A DNA stretch of 64,000 nucleotides. Source: an uncultured Ignavibacteriota bacterium. Its GTDB lineage: Bacteria; Bacteroidota; Ignavibacteria; UBA10030; UBA8401. The stretch is taken from positions 4,682 to 68,681 of the forward strand of contig CAJBTU010000072.1 in NCBI GenBank assembly GCA_903958625.1, given 5' to 3'. This document shows positions 29,320 through 41,100 of the stretch, piece after piece; within the stretch, counting starts at the first letter, position 1; every line of letters begins with the position of its first letter. Below the pieces are notes generated by a model. That model searched no databases, was not told where the DNA came from, and saw only the letters and a list, made by a program, of their open reading frames with translations. The position numbers were made by a program, and so were the translations under genes.

Positions 29320-29886
29320 TTACTTTTTTTGCAGCATTCCCGATGCTCGCGCATATTCGAATATTCCTCCGCCGCGAAGGATGTGTTCAATATCGCCGAG
29401 CGGATTGAGTTGATACTCTTTCTTTTGAGTAATATTTTTCACGATGCATTTTGTCGTATCCAGTTCAAGATCGTCGCCGGTGCGGATCTCCTTCAACAAT
29501 TGGTGCGCCGTTTCGAACGGCGCGATGAACGCACCGTCGATCGAATTGCGGTAGAATATCCGCGCATATCCTTCGGCGATCACCGCTTCTATCCCCGCAA
29601 CCTGCAGGGCGAACGGAGCATGCTCACGCGAAGAACCGCAGCCGAAATTTTTTCCGCCGATGACAATGGTGTATTCGCTCTTCCAGTTTCCTTCGTTGAT
29701 AAAGGGAATGTTTCCCTCCGGAAGACCGGAGCGCTCTATCGGCACTCCGGAGAATGCGTATCGTCCGTAGTTTTTCTTTTCTTCGGGATCGTCCAGTTTA
29801 TACACCAGATGTGCCGCCGGAATGATCTGGTCGGTATCAATGTCGTTGCCGAGCACAAATGCTTTGCCGCTGATAATTGGTTTCAT
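29320..29886 (-). CDS. leuD: 3-isopropylmalate dehydratase small subunit
   Basis: 188 aa aconitase swivel domain. Adjacent to leuC. Confidence 0.85.
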   Translation of the reverse strand: MKPIISGKAFVLGNDIDTDQIIPAAHLVYKLDDPEEKKNYGRYAFSGVPIERSGLPEGNIPFINEGNWKSEYTIVIGGKNFGCGSSREHAPFALQVAGIEAVIAEGYARIFYRNSIDGAFIAPFETAHQLLKEIRTGDDLELDTTKCIVKNITQKKEYQLNPLGDIEHILRGGGIFEYARASGMLQKK

Positions 29887-29899
29887 ACGTTCCTGTTTC

Positions 29900-31198
29900 T
29901 TAATTGAAAAATTCGCGCGGATTCGTGATCACGCCTTTCACTGCCGATGCCGCAACGGTGTACGGCGAAGCAAGATATACCTGTGAGTTCTTCGATCCCA
30001 TTCTTCCCGGAAAATTTCTGTTTGTGGTGGAGATGCATACTTCTGCACCATTCAATCGTCCGAACGTATCGGACGGTCCGCCGAGACAGGCGGCGCACGA
30101 CGAATCACCGATCCGGCAACCGGCTTCTTCAAAGATCTGCATCACGGTCTTATCTTTCACTTTTGTTTTCCGGATCTCTGATGCAACATCCATGGTTGCC
30201 GGAACAATGAAGGTGTCGATCTTCACCTTCTCGCCGTACATGATCTCTGCTGCAGCGATGAAGTCGGAAATTTTACCGCCGGTGCAGCTGCCGATGTATG
30301 CGCGGTCAAGTTTGGTTCCCGCAACTTCGCTCACCGCCGCCTTGTTGTCCGGCGAATGCGGTTTTGCCACCGTTGGTTCAATTTCGTTCACGTTGAATCG
30401 GTGAACGGAGTGATATTTTGCATCGTCATCGTTATAGAAACATTCGAACTGTTTGTTCGAGCGGGCGCGGACATAATCGGTGGTTGTTTTGTCCGGTGCG
30501 CATATTCCATTCTTTCCCCCGGCTTCGATCACCATATTGCATAATGTCATCCGGTCTTCCATGGTCATGGAGTCGATGGTCGAACCGCAGAAATCCATGG
30601 CGCGGTATGTTGCGCCGTCCACACCAATCTTTCCGATCACTGCTAAAATCAGGTCTTTTGCCATCAAATATTTCGGCATCTTCCCTTCAAACACAAACTT
30701 CATTGTTTCCGGCACTTTTACCCATAATTTTCCGGTGCCGAGAACAAAGGCGGCGTCTGTATTGCCGATTCCCGTGGCGAACTCTCCGAATGCTCCGGCC
30801 GTGCACGTATGCGAATCCGTTCCAAACAAGACTTCGCCCGGACGCGTAAAACCCTCTTCGGGCATTGCAACGTGGCAAACCCCTTTGTACCGCGGTGTTC
30901 CGACATCGTAATAGTAAGGAAGATCCTGTTCTTTTGCGAAGTCGCGCAATATTTGGATGTTGCGGTTTGCGTGCATATCCTTGGTGAAGATATAGTGATC
31001 GGGAATGACGACCAGTTTTTCCTTATCCCATACTTTCGCGTCGTTGCCGAACTCCCGTTTAAAGATGCCGAATGTTCCCGGGCCGCACACATCGTGCGTC
31101 ATCAGCACATCAACATCGATCCATACATTATCTCCGGGCTGAACGGAAGATCTTCCGGAATGCTTTGCAAGAATTTTTTCGGTGATCGTCATCGGCAT
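29900..31198 (-). CDS. leuC: 3-isopropylmalate dehydratase large subunit (short, Thermotoga/archaeal type)
   Basis: Aconitase catalytic domain with Cys ligands (GSCTGG, SSCAAC), 432 aa. Confidence 0.85.
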   Translation of the reverse strand: MPMTITEKILAKHSGRSSVQPGDNVWIDVDVLMTHDVCGPGTFGIFKREFGNDAKVWDKEKLVVIPDHYIFTKDMHANRNIQILRDFAKEQDLPYYYDVGTPRYKGVCHVAMPEEGFTRPGEVLFGTDSHTCTAGAFGEFATGIGNTDAAFVLGTGKLWVKVPETMKFVFEGKMPKYLMAKDLILAVIGKIGVDGATYRAMDFCGSTIDSMTMEDRMTLCNMVIEAGGKNGICAPDKTTTDYVRARSNKQFECFYNDDDAKYHSVHRFNVNEIEPTVAKPHSPDNKAAVSEVAGTKLDRAYIGSCTGGKISDFIAAAEIMYGEKVKIDTFIVPATMDVASEIRKTKVKDKTVMQIFEEAGCRIGDSSCAACLGGPSDTFGRLNGAEVCISTTNRNFPGRMGSKNSQVYLASPYTVAASAVKGVITNPREFFN

Positions 31199-31252
31199 AA
31201 ATCTTCTTTCCTTTGTTCGTACTGTTTCTTTGTTGCCTGGTTGATAATTATT

Positions 31253-32800
31253 TTACACGCCGACGTTTTCGTTTGTTGAGTGCTGTTTCCGGAACCGTGC
31301 TGAAATCGCGTGATTGATCGCGTTAACATATGCCTTTACGCTTCCGGTGATGACATCGGTACTGGCGGACCGGCCGTTGAACACGTACCCGTCGATCGCT
31401 ATCTTTACGAAGACTTCACCGATTGCATCCTGTCCCCACGAAACCGATTTAATAGAATAATCAAGCAGATCGGTTTTGATGTTGGTGATTCTTCCGATTG
31501 CGCGATAGGCGGCATCAACCGGACCGTCACCGGTCGAAGAATCCTGCAGGAATTGATCTCCTTTTTTCAGGCCTACCGTTGCCGTCGGAACGATATTGAT
31601 TCCGCTGGTGACCTGCAGTGTTTCTATCTTGTACGTTTCCTCGAGCGATGATATTTCATCCTGAAGGATCGCAACAAGATCATCGTCGAACACCTGCTTC
31701 TTCTCGTCGGCAAGTTTTGAGAAAAGCACGTATGCCTTTTCCAATTCTTCCGCAGTCAGTTTATATCCGAGCTCTTCGTACCGTTGCTTCAACGCGTGGC
31801 GCCCCGAATGTTTACCCAGCACCAGGGTGCTGTGCTTGATGCCGACGCTGGCCGGTGTCATAATCTCATATGTCAGCGGATTCTTCAGCATTCCGTCCTG
31901 ATGAATTCCGGCTTCATGCGCGAACGCATTTTCGCCGACGATCGCTTTGTTGCGCTGAATATGCATTCCGGTAAGCGACACAAGCATTTTGCTCGACTTG
32001 TATATCTCTTCGGTGTTGATGTTGGTGGAAACTTTCAATGCTTCAGCGCGAGTGCGGATCGCCATAGCAATCTCTTCTAGCGACGCATTGCCGGCGCGTT
32101 CGCCGATTCCGTTGATGGTGCATTCAATTTGCCGCGCTCCGTTTATCATTCCAGACAGCGAGTTCGCAACCGCAAGCCCCAGATCGTCGTGACAGTGAAC
32201 GCTGACAATCGCTTTGCCGATATTCGGCACACGTTCTATCAGCGAACGAATGATCGCTCCATATTCATGCGGCACGGCATATCCGACGGTGTCGGGAATA
32301 TTGATGACGGTCGCACCTTCCGCGATCGCCGCTTCCACTATTTGGCAAAGGAAACCTATGTCGCTGCGCGATGCATCTTCGCACGAAAATTCAATATCAT
32401 TGCAGTACGATTTCGCGCGACGAACCGCTTTGACGGCATTCTCCAGCACTTCGTCCCTGGTCTTTTTCAATTTATATTTTAAATGAATATCCGACGTTGC
32501 GATAAACGTGTGAATGCGCGGCTTCTCGGCATACTTCAGCGCTTCCCACGCCCTGTCAATATCGTTGTCGTTCGCGCGGCAAAGTCCGGCAATCGAAACG
32601 GTGCGGATCTGTTTCGCGATCTCTTTTACCGATTCAAAATCCCCTTCGCTTGCAATCGGGAAACCTGCTTCAATCACGTCAACCTGTAAGCGCTCCAACT
32701 GACGCGCCATTCTGATTTTTTCCACAAAATTCATGCTTGCGCCGGGAGATTGTTCGCCATCGCGCAGCGTTGTATCAAATATATAGACTCGATCATTCAT
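31253..32800 (-). CDS. leuA: 2-isopropylmalate synthase
   Basis: YIFDTTLRDGEQSPGASM, 515 aa with C-terminal LeuA dimerisation/regulatory domain. Confidence 0.85.
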   Translation of the reverse strand: MNDRVYIFDTTLRDGEQSPGASMNFVEKIRMARQLERLQVDVIEAGFPIASEGDFESVKEIAKQIRTVSIAGLCRANDNDIDRAWEALKYAEKPRIHTFIATSDIHLKYKLKKTRDEVLENAVKAVRRAKSYCNDIEFSCEDASRSDIGFLCQIVEAAIAEGATVINIPDTVGYAVPHEYGAIIRSLIERVPNIGKAIVSVHCHDDLGLAVANSLSGMINGARQIECTINGIGERAGNASLEEIAMAIRTRAEALKVSTNINTEEIYKSSKMLVSLTGMHIQRNKAIVGENAFAHEAGIHQDGMLKNPLTYEIMTPASVGIKHSTLVLGKHSGRHALKQRYEELGYKLTAEELEKAYVLFSKLADEKKQVFDDDLVAILQDEISSLEETYKIETLQVTSGINIVPTATVGLKKGDQFLQDSSTGDGPVDAAYRAIGRITNIKTDLLDYSIKSVSWGQDAIGEVFVKIAIDGYVFNGRSASTDVITGSVKAYVNAINHAISARFRKQHSTNENVGV

Positions 32801-32905
32801 ACGATCCTCCGGTTAATTTCCAAAAGTCAAATTTCTTTTCAAAATTCCTGAACATTAAAAACTTACGGTCAATTTGTGATCCGGTATTTGCTGATTCAAA
32901 TATTG

Positions 32906-33919
32906 CTATAGATGTCTGTTCTCCAGCGGTAGATATCTGCGTATCTCATCCATCAGTTTCGAAAATTGTTCCGGCATAAGAGATTGCGCCCCGTCCGAAA
33001 ATGCCTTTTCCGGATTCGGATGCATTTCAATAATGATCCCGTCTGCGCCGGCGGGAACGGCTGCTTTTGCCATCGGTGTGATGAGGCTCCGAATTCCCGT
33101 TCCGTGACTCGGATCGACGATGACCGGTAGATGCGACATTTCTTTCAGCGCCGGCACTGCTGCCAGATCGAACGTGTTGCGGGTATAATCTTCAAAGGTC
33201 CGTATGCCGCGTTCGCATAACACAACATCATAATTCCCCTGCGACATGATATATTCGGCAGACATCAGAAGTTCTTTGTATGTGCTCGACATTCCGCGTT
33301 TTAAAAGGATGGGACGTTTTGACCTGCCGACTTCTTTTAACAAAGCGAAATTCTGCATATTGCGTGCGCCGATCTGCAGCATATCGGAATATCTTGCCAC
33401 AAGATCGACGTCGCCCGGCGAGATCACTTCTGTTGCAAAAGGCAATCCGGTTTTTTCTCTCGCTTCCGCCAGCAGTTTCAATCCTTCCTCTTCCAGCCCC
33501 TGAAACGAATACGGTGACGTTCTTGGTTTGAATGCTCCGCCGCGAAGCATCTGTGCCCCCGCTTTCTTCACCAGTTCGGCGCTGAGGATGATCTGCTCCC
33601 TTGACTCTACGGAACATGGTCCTGCAATCACAACAAATTGTGAATTTCCAAATTCCACGTTACCCACCTTTACCACGGTGCGCGGTTTTGTTTCTTTGCT
33701 GGCAAGTTTGAACGGTTTGAGAATTGGAAGAACATTCTCAACGTAATCCAGTGATTCCAGCTGCTGCAGTTGTGCTTTGCCGCGTTCATCGCCGACACAT
33801 GCTATCACCGTACGTTCATCACCGACAATAGGATGCGGTTTGAAGCCATACTCCGTTACCCTGTCGATGATGTGGTTGTATTCTTCTTTTTTCGTTCCGG
33901 GCTTTAAGACGATAATCAT
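32906..33919 (-). CDS. aroF: 3-deoxy-7-phosphoheptulonate (DAHP) synthase, type I-beta with N-terminal ferredoxin-like regulatory domain (T. maritima type)
   Basis: Near-colinear match to Thermotoga maritima DAHPS as I recall it: MIIVLKPG ... IAGPCSVES ... [18 protein letters not shown] ... LLKRGM ... [11 protein letters not shown] ... VDPSH. Confidence 0.8.
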   Translation of the reverse strand: MIIVLKPGTKKEEYNHIIDRVTEYGFKPHPIVGDERTVIACVGDERGKAQLQQLESLDYVENVLPILKPFKLASKETKPRTVVKVGNVEFGNSQFVVIAGPCSVESREQIILSAELVKKAGAQMLRGGAFKPRTSPYSFQGLEEEGLKLLAEAREKTGLPFATEVISPGDVDLVARYSDMLQIGARNMQNFALLKEVGRSKRPILLKRGMSSTYKELLMSAEYIMSQGNYDVVLCERGIRTFEDYTRNTFDLAAVPALKEMSHLPVIVDPSHGTGIRSLITPMAKAAVPAGADGIIIEMHPNPEKAFSDGAQSLMPEQFSKLMDEIRRYLPLENRHL

Positions 33920-33928
33920 ATGTATCCT

Positions 33929-35509
33929 TTATGTTTTCTTCTTTAATAAGTGATAAGTGATTGAATCAACAAGTGCCTTCCAGCTTGCGTCAACAACATC
34001 CGACGAAACACCGACCGTATTCCACGACGATGTGCCGTTTTTCGTTTCGATCAGCACGCGGACCTTTGCCGCGGTTGCATTCTGTGAATCCAGTACGCGT
34101 ACTTTGTAATCTGTTAATTGAATTTCTTTCAGTTCCGGATAGAATCGTTCAAGCGCTTTTCGCAGTGCTTTGTCCATCGCGTTCACCGGACCGTTCCCTT
34201 CGGCGGCCGTCATTTCGGTTTCTTCGCCGACACGGATCTTGATCATCGCTTCGCTTCGCGCGTCAACATCATTGGAATCTTTGTGAATGCTGATCTTGAA
34301 TCTTTCCAGCTCGAACAATTTCTGGATCTCTCCGGTGTGTTTCTTTACCAGCAGTTCGAACGACGCCTCGGCATCCTCGAAATAATATCCGTAATGTTCC
34401 ATCTCTTTCAGTTCTTCTACGATCTTCTGGGCCGCGGGAGATTTGTCGTCGATCTTCAGTCCAAGCTCTTCCGCCTTGTAAAGAACATTGCTCTTTCCGG
34501 ACAGATCGGACATTAAAACGCGGCGCACATTCCCGACAATCTCCGGTTCAATGTGTTCATACGTCTTCGGTGTTTTCATTACGGCGCTTACGTGTACGCC
34601 CCCCTTGTGGGCAAACGCACTCTCGCCGACGAACGCCATATTTTTTTTGTGCTTCAGATTCGCCAGTTCGCTTACGTAGCGGGAAACATCTGTGATTTTT
34701 TTCAGCTGTTCTTTTCCAACGGTTTCACATCCCATCTTTATTTCAAGGTTGGGGATAATGGAGCAGAGATTGGCGTTTCCGCAGCGTTCGCCGTAGCCGT
34801 TGATCGTTCCCTGCACGTGGGTTGCTCCGTGCTGAATGGCGGCAAGCGCATTTGCAACGCCGACTTCCGAATCGTTGTGAGTATGAATTCCCAGTTGAAC
34901 AGTGATCGATGATTTTATTTCGTCAACAATGCCGGATACTTCCCACGGCATCGTGCCGCCGTTCGTATCGCATAGAACAATAACGTCCGCGCCGGACTGC
35001 TGCGCCGCCTGCAGTGTTTTTATCGCGTATGCCTTGTCGGACTTATATCCGTCAAAGAAATGCTCCGCATCATACACAACTTCTTTGCCGTTCTTTTTCA
35101 AATATGCCACAGAGTCGGAAATGATCTCGAGATTCTCTTCCTCCGTGATCTGCAGCGCCTCTTTCACATGAAGGATCCATGTTTTGCCGAAGATCGTCAC
35201 AACCGGGGTTTGCGCATCGAGCAGCGCCTTAATGTTTGCATCATCTTCAACTCTGTTCTTTGCGCGGCGCGTACTTCCGAACGCGGCGACCTTGGCGTGA
35301 ACAAAGTGAATGTCGCGCGCCTTCTCGAAGAATTCCATATCCTTCGGATTGGAGCCGGGCCATCCCCCTTCGATGTAGTCGATGCCGAATGCATCAAGAC
35401 GCTTTGCGATCTTGATCTTGTCCTCGGCCGAGAAAGAAACTTCTTCCCCCTGGGTTCCATCCCGCAGCGTTGTATCGTATGTAAAAATTTTTTTCATTGT
35501 CATATGCAT
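33929..35509 (-). CDS. cimA: (R)-citramalate synthase / LeuA-family paralogue
   Basis: [16 protein letters not shown], 526 aa with LeuA-like C-terminal domain. Second LeuA-family member in the cluster. Confidence 0.7.
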   Translation of the reverse strand: MHMTMKKIFTYDTTLRDGTQGEEVSFSAEDKIKIAKRLDAFGIDYIEGGWPGSNPKDMEFFEKARDIHFVHAKVAAFGSTRRAKNRVEDDANIKALLDAQTPVVTIFGKTWILHVKEALQITEEENLEIISDSVAYLKKNGKEVVYDAEHFFDGYKSDKAYAIKTLQAAQQSGADVIVLCDTNGGTMPWEVSGIVDEIKSSITVQLGIHTHNDSEVGVANALAAIQHGATHVQGTINGYGERCGNANLCSIIPNLEIKMGCETVGKEQLKKITDVSRYVSELANLKHKKNMAFVGESAFAHKGGVHVSAVMKTPKTYEHIEPEIVGNVRRVLMSDLSGKSNVLYKAEELGLKIDDKSPAAQKIVEELKEMEHYGYYFEDAEASFELLVKKHTGEIQKLFELERFKISIHKDSNDVDARSEAMIKIRVGEETEMTAAEGNGPVNAMDKALRKALERFYPELKEIQLTDYKVRVLDSQNATAAKVRVLIETKNGTSSWNTVGVSSDVVDASWKALVDSITYHLLKKKT

Positions 35510-35574
35510 GAATGATGTCGCGGCGGATAATGAAACAAATTAATTCGCCGTCTTTCCTCTGTTGCGGTGAACGG

Positions 35575-36630
35575 TTATTTCTTCCAGTTTTCCGGCCGCA
35601 ATCCCCGCACCGCTTCGCCCGCTTTCCACATTTCGGAGTTTTTCCATTCATCCAGTTCCTTTTGCAGAATGGAACGGTAATCCGGAGAACTTGTTGAATC
35701 AAGAACCCGTTTTGTTTCTACGCCGTATTGAACGTCGCGGTACAGTAATTCAAACAACGGACGATTTGCCGTTTCAAATTTTTTCGCCCAATCAAGCGCT
35801 CCGCGCTGTGCGGTGACCGAACATGCCGCAAACATCCAGTCCATTCCGTGTTTTCCTACAAGAGGATACAGGCTTTGCGTGGCTTCTTCCACCGTTTCGT
35901 TGAATGCTTCGCTGGGTGAATGTCCCATTTGGCGCAGAACATCGTATTGCGCCTTCATCAATCCGGCAATTGCACCCATCAACACACCGCGCTCGCCGGT
36001 AAGATCGGAAAGAACTTCTTTTTCAAATGTTGTGGGGAACAAATATCCCGAACCAATGGCGATACCGCATGCAATCGCGCGTTCACGTGCTTTACCGGTC
36101 GCATCCTGGAATACGGCAAAGCTGGCGTTAATTCCGCTTCCGGCCAGGAAATTACTCCGCACCGTACGTCCGCTTCCTTTCGGCGCAACCAGAACCACAT
36201 CAACATCCGCCGGCGGAATAACATTTGTTTGATCTTTGAAAACGATTGAGAAACCGTGCGAAAAATATAACGCCTGACCTTTTTTCAAATTCTTTTTCAC
36301 AACTTCCCACTGCTGCTTTTGCCCGGAATCGGAGAGCAGATATTGAACGATCGTCCCTTTTTGGATCGCTTCTTCAATATTTGAGAAAAGATTTTTCCCT
36401 TCCACCCAGCCGTCGCGGATGGCGTCACTCCATCCTTGTCCCCCCTTGCGCTGGCCGACAATAACGTTAATGCCATTGTCTCGCATGTTGAGCGATTGTC
36501 CGTATCCTTGCGGACCGTAACCGATAATCGCCACAACCTCGTTCTTTAAAAATTCCTTTGCTTTCTCAAGCGGATATTCCTCGCGGGTAACAACTTCTTC
36601 AACTGTTCCGCCAAAATTGATCTGTGCCAT
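35575..36630 (-). CDS. ilvC: ketol-acid reductoisomerase (class I)
   Basis: Start MAQINFGG with AGGAGA RBS. IGYGPQGYGQSLNMRD motif. The annotated longer ORF start is rejected. Confidence 0.9.
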   Translation of the reverse strand: MAQINFGGTVEEVVTREEYPLEKAKEFLKNEVVAIIGYGPQGYGQSLNMRDNGINVIVGQRKGGQGWSDAIRDGWVEGKNLFSNIEEAIQKGTIVQYLLSDSGQKQQWEVVKKNLKKGQALYFSHGFSIVFKDQTNVIPPADVDVVLVAPKGSGRTVRSNFLAGSGINASFAVFQDATGKARERAIACGIAIGSGYLFPTTFEKEVLSDLTGERGVLMGAIAGLMKAQYDVLRQMGHSPSEAFNETVEEATQSLYPLVGKHGMDWMFAACSVTAQRGALDWAKKFETANRPLFELLYRDVQYGVETKRVLDSTSSPDYRSILQKELDEWKNSEMWKAGEAVRGLRPENWKK

Positions 36631-36731
36631 GTGTCTCTCCTGAATTTTCCGGCGCCGGGAACACAAAGATATCTTTCTTCGTCTTTCCTCGCCCTTGCGG
36701 TGAAATGTATTATGTATTAATTTTTCAATCG

Positions 36732-38153
36732 TTACGGAAGCGTTGTTGCTCCCATCAAATATTTATCCACGCTGCGCGCCGCTTTGCGTCCTTCGCTGAT
36801 CGCCCAAACAACAAGAGATTGACCGCGCCGCATATCTCCGGCTGAAAATATTCCCGGAACAGAACTCATATACTCCTTATCGGTGGAAACGTTGCTGCGT
36901 GCATCAAGAGCAACGCCAAGCTCATCAAGCAGACCGCTCTTAGTCGGACCGTTGAATCCCATCGCCAGTAATACCAGGTCGGCTTCCAGTGTGAACTCCG
37001 TTCCGGTGACGGGTGCAAAATTCGGCGGAGGACCGACGCGGATCGCGTGAAGTGTTGTAACGTTTCCATTTACATCACCTCCAAATTTTGTCGTAGCAAG
37101 AGCCCAGTCCCGCGTTCCACCTTCTTCGTGCGAACTTTCCGTTCGTAATTGCAGCGGCCATTGCGGCCACGGCGTTGAAGCAGCACGTTCAAGCGGCGGT
37201 TTGGGCATAATTTCAAACTGATGTACCGATTTCGCTTTTTGACGCAAACTTGTTCCAAGACAATCCGCACCGGTGTCGCCGCCGCCGATAATGATGACGC
37301 GTTTCCCTGTGGCGAGAATGTCTTTTGCGGGATCTGATGAATCGCCGGCGTTGCGGCGATTTTGCTGCGGAAGAAATTCCATCGCAAAATGGATCCCTTT
37401 CAATTCTCGTCCCGGTACTTTTAGGTCGCGCGGAGATTCCGATCCGCCGCACAAAAGGATAGCATCATACGACCGCCGCAATTCGTCTGCGGAAATATTC
37501 ACGCCGACATTTGTCTTCGTTGTAAAAACAATTCCTTCCGCCTGCAATTGTTCTACGCGGCGATCAAGCAGATGTTTTTCAAATTTGAAGTCGGGAATTC
37601 CGTACCGAAGCAATCCTCCTACCCGGTCATTCTTCTCATACACTGTTACGCGGTGTCCGGCGCGATTCAATTGCTGCGCGGCCGCCAAACCGGACGGACC
37701 CGATCCAATCACGGCTACTGTTTTACCGGTTCGTTTTACCGGCGGTTCGGGTTTTATCCAACCGTGTTTGAATGCATACTCTATGATCGTTCTTTCGATC
37801 ACTTTGATCGTCACGGGCGGTTCATTAATTCCCAGCACGCAGGATGCTTCGCACGGCGCGGGACAGACGTTGCCGGTAAATTCTGGAAAATTATTTGTTG
37901 AGTGTAAGATTCGAATCGCTTCTTCCCAGCGATTTTTATAGATGAGATCATTCCAGTGCGGGATAACGTTGTTTACGGGACAACCCGATTGACAGAACGG
38001 TATTCCGCAATCCATGCAGCGGGCACCCTGCGTTTGCACTTTTTCTTCGGCAAAAGCAGTGTACACATCACGCCAATCCTCCAGGCGCTCTAATGCGGGT
38101 CTGCGCTGCGGAACTTCGCGCTGATATTCCATGAATCCGGTTGGCTTACCCAT
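36732..38153 (-). CDS. gltD: glutamate synthase (NADPH) small subunit
   Basis: Fe-S Cys clusters, FAD/NAD Rossmann motifs ([14 protein letters not shown]). Start at [10 protein letters not shown] overlaps the gltB stop by 8 nt. Confidence 0.85.
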   Translation of the reverse strand: MGKPTGFMEYQREVPQRRPALERLEDWRDVYTAFAEEKVQTQGARCMDCGIPFCQSGCPVNNVIPHWNDLIYKNRWEEAIRILHSTNNFPEFTGNVCPAPCEASCVLGINEPPVTIKVIERTIIEYAFKHGWIKPEPPVKRTGKTVAVIGSGPSGLAAAQQLNRAGHRVTVYEKNDRVGGLLRYGIPDFKFEKHLLDRRVEQLQAEGIVFTTKTNVGVNISADELRRSYDAILLCGGSESPRDLKVPGRELKGIHFAMEFLPQQNRRNAGDSSDPAKDILATGKRVIIIGGGDTGADCLGTSLRQKAKSVHQFEIMPKPPLERAASTPWPQWPLQLRTESSHEEGGTRDWALATTKFGGDVNGNVTTLHAIRVGPPPNFAPVTGTEFTLEADLVLLAMGFNGPTKSGLLDELGVALDARSNVSTDKEYMSSVPGIFSAGDMRRGQSLVVWAISEGRKAARSVDKYLMGATTLP

Positions 38154-41100
38154 TAACCGCCTCCTTGTCCGAACCATTCTTTTTCAGAGTGACTGTCTCC
38201 TCGAGCATTTTTTGTTTTGCATTTAAGACTCGTTTATAGTCATGTGGAAATACTTTCACAAACTTCATCTTGAATGTTTCCCATTCAATAAGGATCCTCT
38301 CTCCGCGCCGGCTTCCGGTCAGATCAACGTGCCTCTTGATGAGATTTTGTACGAGACGTTCGTCGTCAATGTTGAGGGCATCAAGATCAACGATGGATTT
38401 ATTGCACATTTTTGTTGCAAATTCTCCATCCTCATCCAATACAAACGCATATCCGCCCGACATGCCGGCGGCGAAATTCTTTCCCGTCTTGCCAAGCACC
38501 ACAACGATGCCGTTCGTCATATATTCGCATCCGTTTGCGCCAACAGATTCCACCACAACGGTTGCACCGGAATTCCGGACGGCAAATCGCTCGCCTGCTT
38601 TTCCGCCAAAATACGCTTCGCCGCTCGTCGCGCCGTATAACACGACATTACCGACGATCGAATTATCTTCGGGAACAAAACTGGAATTTTTCGGCGGAAA
38701 AATAATGATCTTTCCTCCCGACAGTCCTTTGCCGACATAATCGTTTGCATCTCCTTCAAGTTTCAGCGTTACACCTTTGGAAAGGAATGCTCCGAAACTT
38801 TGTCCTGCCGAACCGGTGAAGTTGATTGTGATCGTGCTTTCCGGCAATCCTTCGGCGCCGTAATATTTTGCAATACGCCCGCTGAGCAATGCTCCCACTG
38901 TCCGGTGCACGTTTCTGATCGTCAGCGATAATTCAACAGGTTTCTTTTCTTCGAGTGCAATTTTTGTCTGTTCAAGCAGCTGATAGTCGAGCGCTTCGTT
39001 GATGCCGTGGTCCTGCGGAATCATACAGCGTCGGCCGATCCTTAACGGCACCGTCGGCTGATGAAGGATGGAAGAGAGGTCTACTCCCTTCGCTTTCCAA
39101 TGGTCAACATCTTTTCTCTGTTGAAGCATGTCAACGCGCCCGATCATTTCATCCAGCGTGCGGAATCCAAGTTTCGCCATGATCTCGCGGACTTCATCAG
39201 CGATAAAAAAGAAAAAGTTGATGACGTGTTCCGGCGTGCCCGTGAATTTTTTTCTCAGCTCCGGGTCCTGCGTTGCAATACCAACGGGACAGGTGTTGAG
39301 ATGACACTTCCGCATCATGATGCATCCCATTGCGATGAGAGGAGTTGTTGAGAAACCGAATTCTTCCGCGCCAAGAAGCGCAGCAATGACAACATCGCGC
39401 CCCGTTTGCAGTTTGCCGTCCGTTTGCAGGCGAACGCGGCTGCGAAGATCGTTCATCACCAATACCTGCTGTGTCTCGGCAAGGCCAAGCTCCCACGGAA
39501 CTCCGGCATGTTTGATCGATGTCAGCGGCGATGCACCTGTTCCGCCGTTGTCTCCGCTGATCAGGATCATATCGGCGTGCGCTTTGGCAACACCGGCCGC
39601 CACGGTTCCAACACCGACTTCGGAAACCAGTTTCACCGAGATTCTCGCGATCGGGTTCACATTTTTCAGATCATAGATCAATTGCGCAAGGTCTTCTATA
39701 GAATAGATGTCGTGATGCGGCGGCGGCGAAATTAGTCCGACGCCGGCGATCGAATGCCGCGTCTTTGCGATCACTTCGTCAACTTTGAAACCGGGAAGCT
39801 GACCTCCCTCGCCCGGCTTCGCTCCCTGCGCGATTTTAATCTGGATCTCATCTGCATTCACAAGATAATTAGCCGTTACACCAAATCGTCCGGAGGCAAC
39901 CTGCTTGATCGCGCTTCTCCGCAGATCACCATTAGCATCGGAACGGAATCGCGCTTCATCCTCTCCCCCTTCGCCGGTGTTCGATTTTCCGCCGATGCGG
40001 TTCATTGCAATGGCGATCGTTTCGTGCGCTTCTTTGCTGATGGAACCGAACGACATTGCTCCCGTTACAAACCGCTTTACAATCTGCTTTGCCGGTTCAA
40101 CATCTTCTATGTGAACACTTCTTGTTCCTTCTTTGAACTCCATTAATCCGCGAAGCGTGAAGAATTCTTTGTTCTGATCGTTGAGAGCGCTTGTAAACTC
40201 CTTAAATGTCTTGAAATCCCTTTTGCGTACAGATTGCTGCAACTTCGTTACCGTTGTCGGATTGATGAGATGACGTTCACCGCTGCTGCGGAAGTGATAA
40301 TTTCCGCCGAGATCAAGTTCGGTATTTGCCTGCGAGAACGGCTGAAATGCGAATTCGTGTTTTCTTCTCGCCTCTTCCACTAACACGTCCAGCCCTATCC
40401 CTTCAATGCGCGATGATGTGCCGTGAAAATATTTTTCCACCACTTTTTTATTTAATCCGATGATCTCAAATATCTGCGCTCCCCGATAACTTTGCAGTGT
40501 TGAAATTCCCATTTTGGAAAAGACTTTTAACAATCCTTTCCCAACTGCCTTTTTATAGTTTTTCACCGCATATTCCGCCGTCACATCTTTTGATAATCTT
40601 CCTTTGTTGGCAAGATCCTCGATCGTTTCAATGGCAAGATATGGATTGACGGCGCTTGCTCCGTAGCCGATCAATAAACAATAATGCATTATCTCGCGCG
40701 GCTCTCCGGATTCAACAACGAGCGCAACCTGCGTGCGGGTTTTTTCTCTTACCAAATGATTGTGTACGGCCGTCATTGCCAATAAACTCGGGATCGGCGC
40801 ATATTCTTCATCCGAACCGCGGTCGGAAAGAATGATGATGGAATATCCCGACTCGATCGCCAGCGATGCGCGGCGGCAAAGACCGTCGAGCGCCCGCTCC
40901 AGTTCCTGTTCGCCGCCGTTCACGCGGAACAGCATCGGCAGTGTGGTTGTTAGAAAATCTCCCTGCGAAACACGGCGAAGTTTTTCCAGTTCAACATTCG
41001 TCAGTATCGGATGCTGCAGTTTCAGTGTGTGACAATGCAGCGGCGTTTCTTCCAGAATGTTTCTTTCGGTGCCAATATAGCTTGTCAGCGACATCACAAA

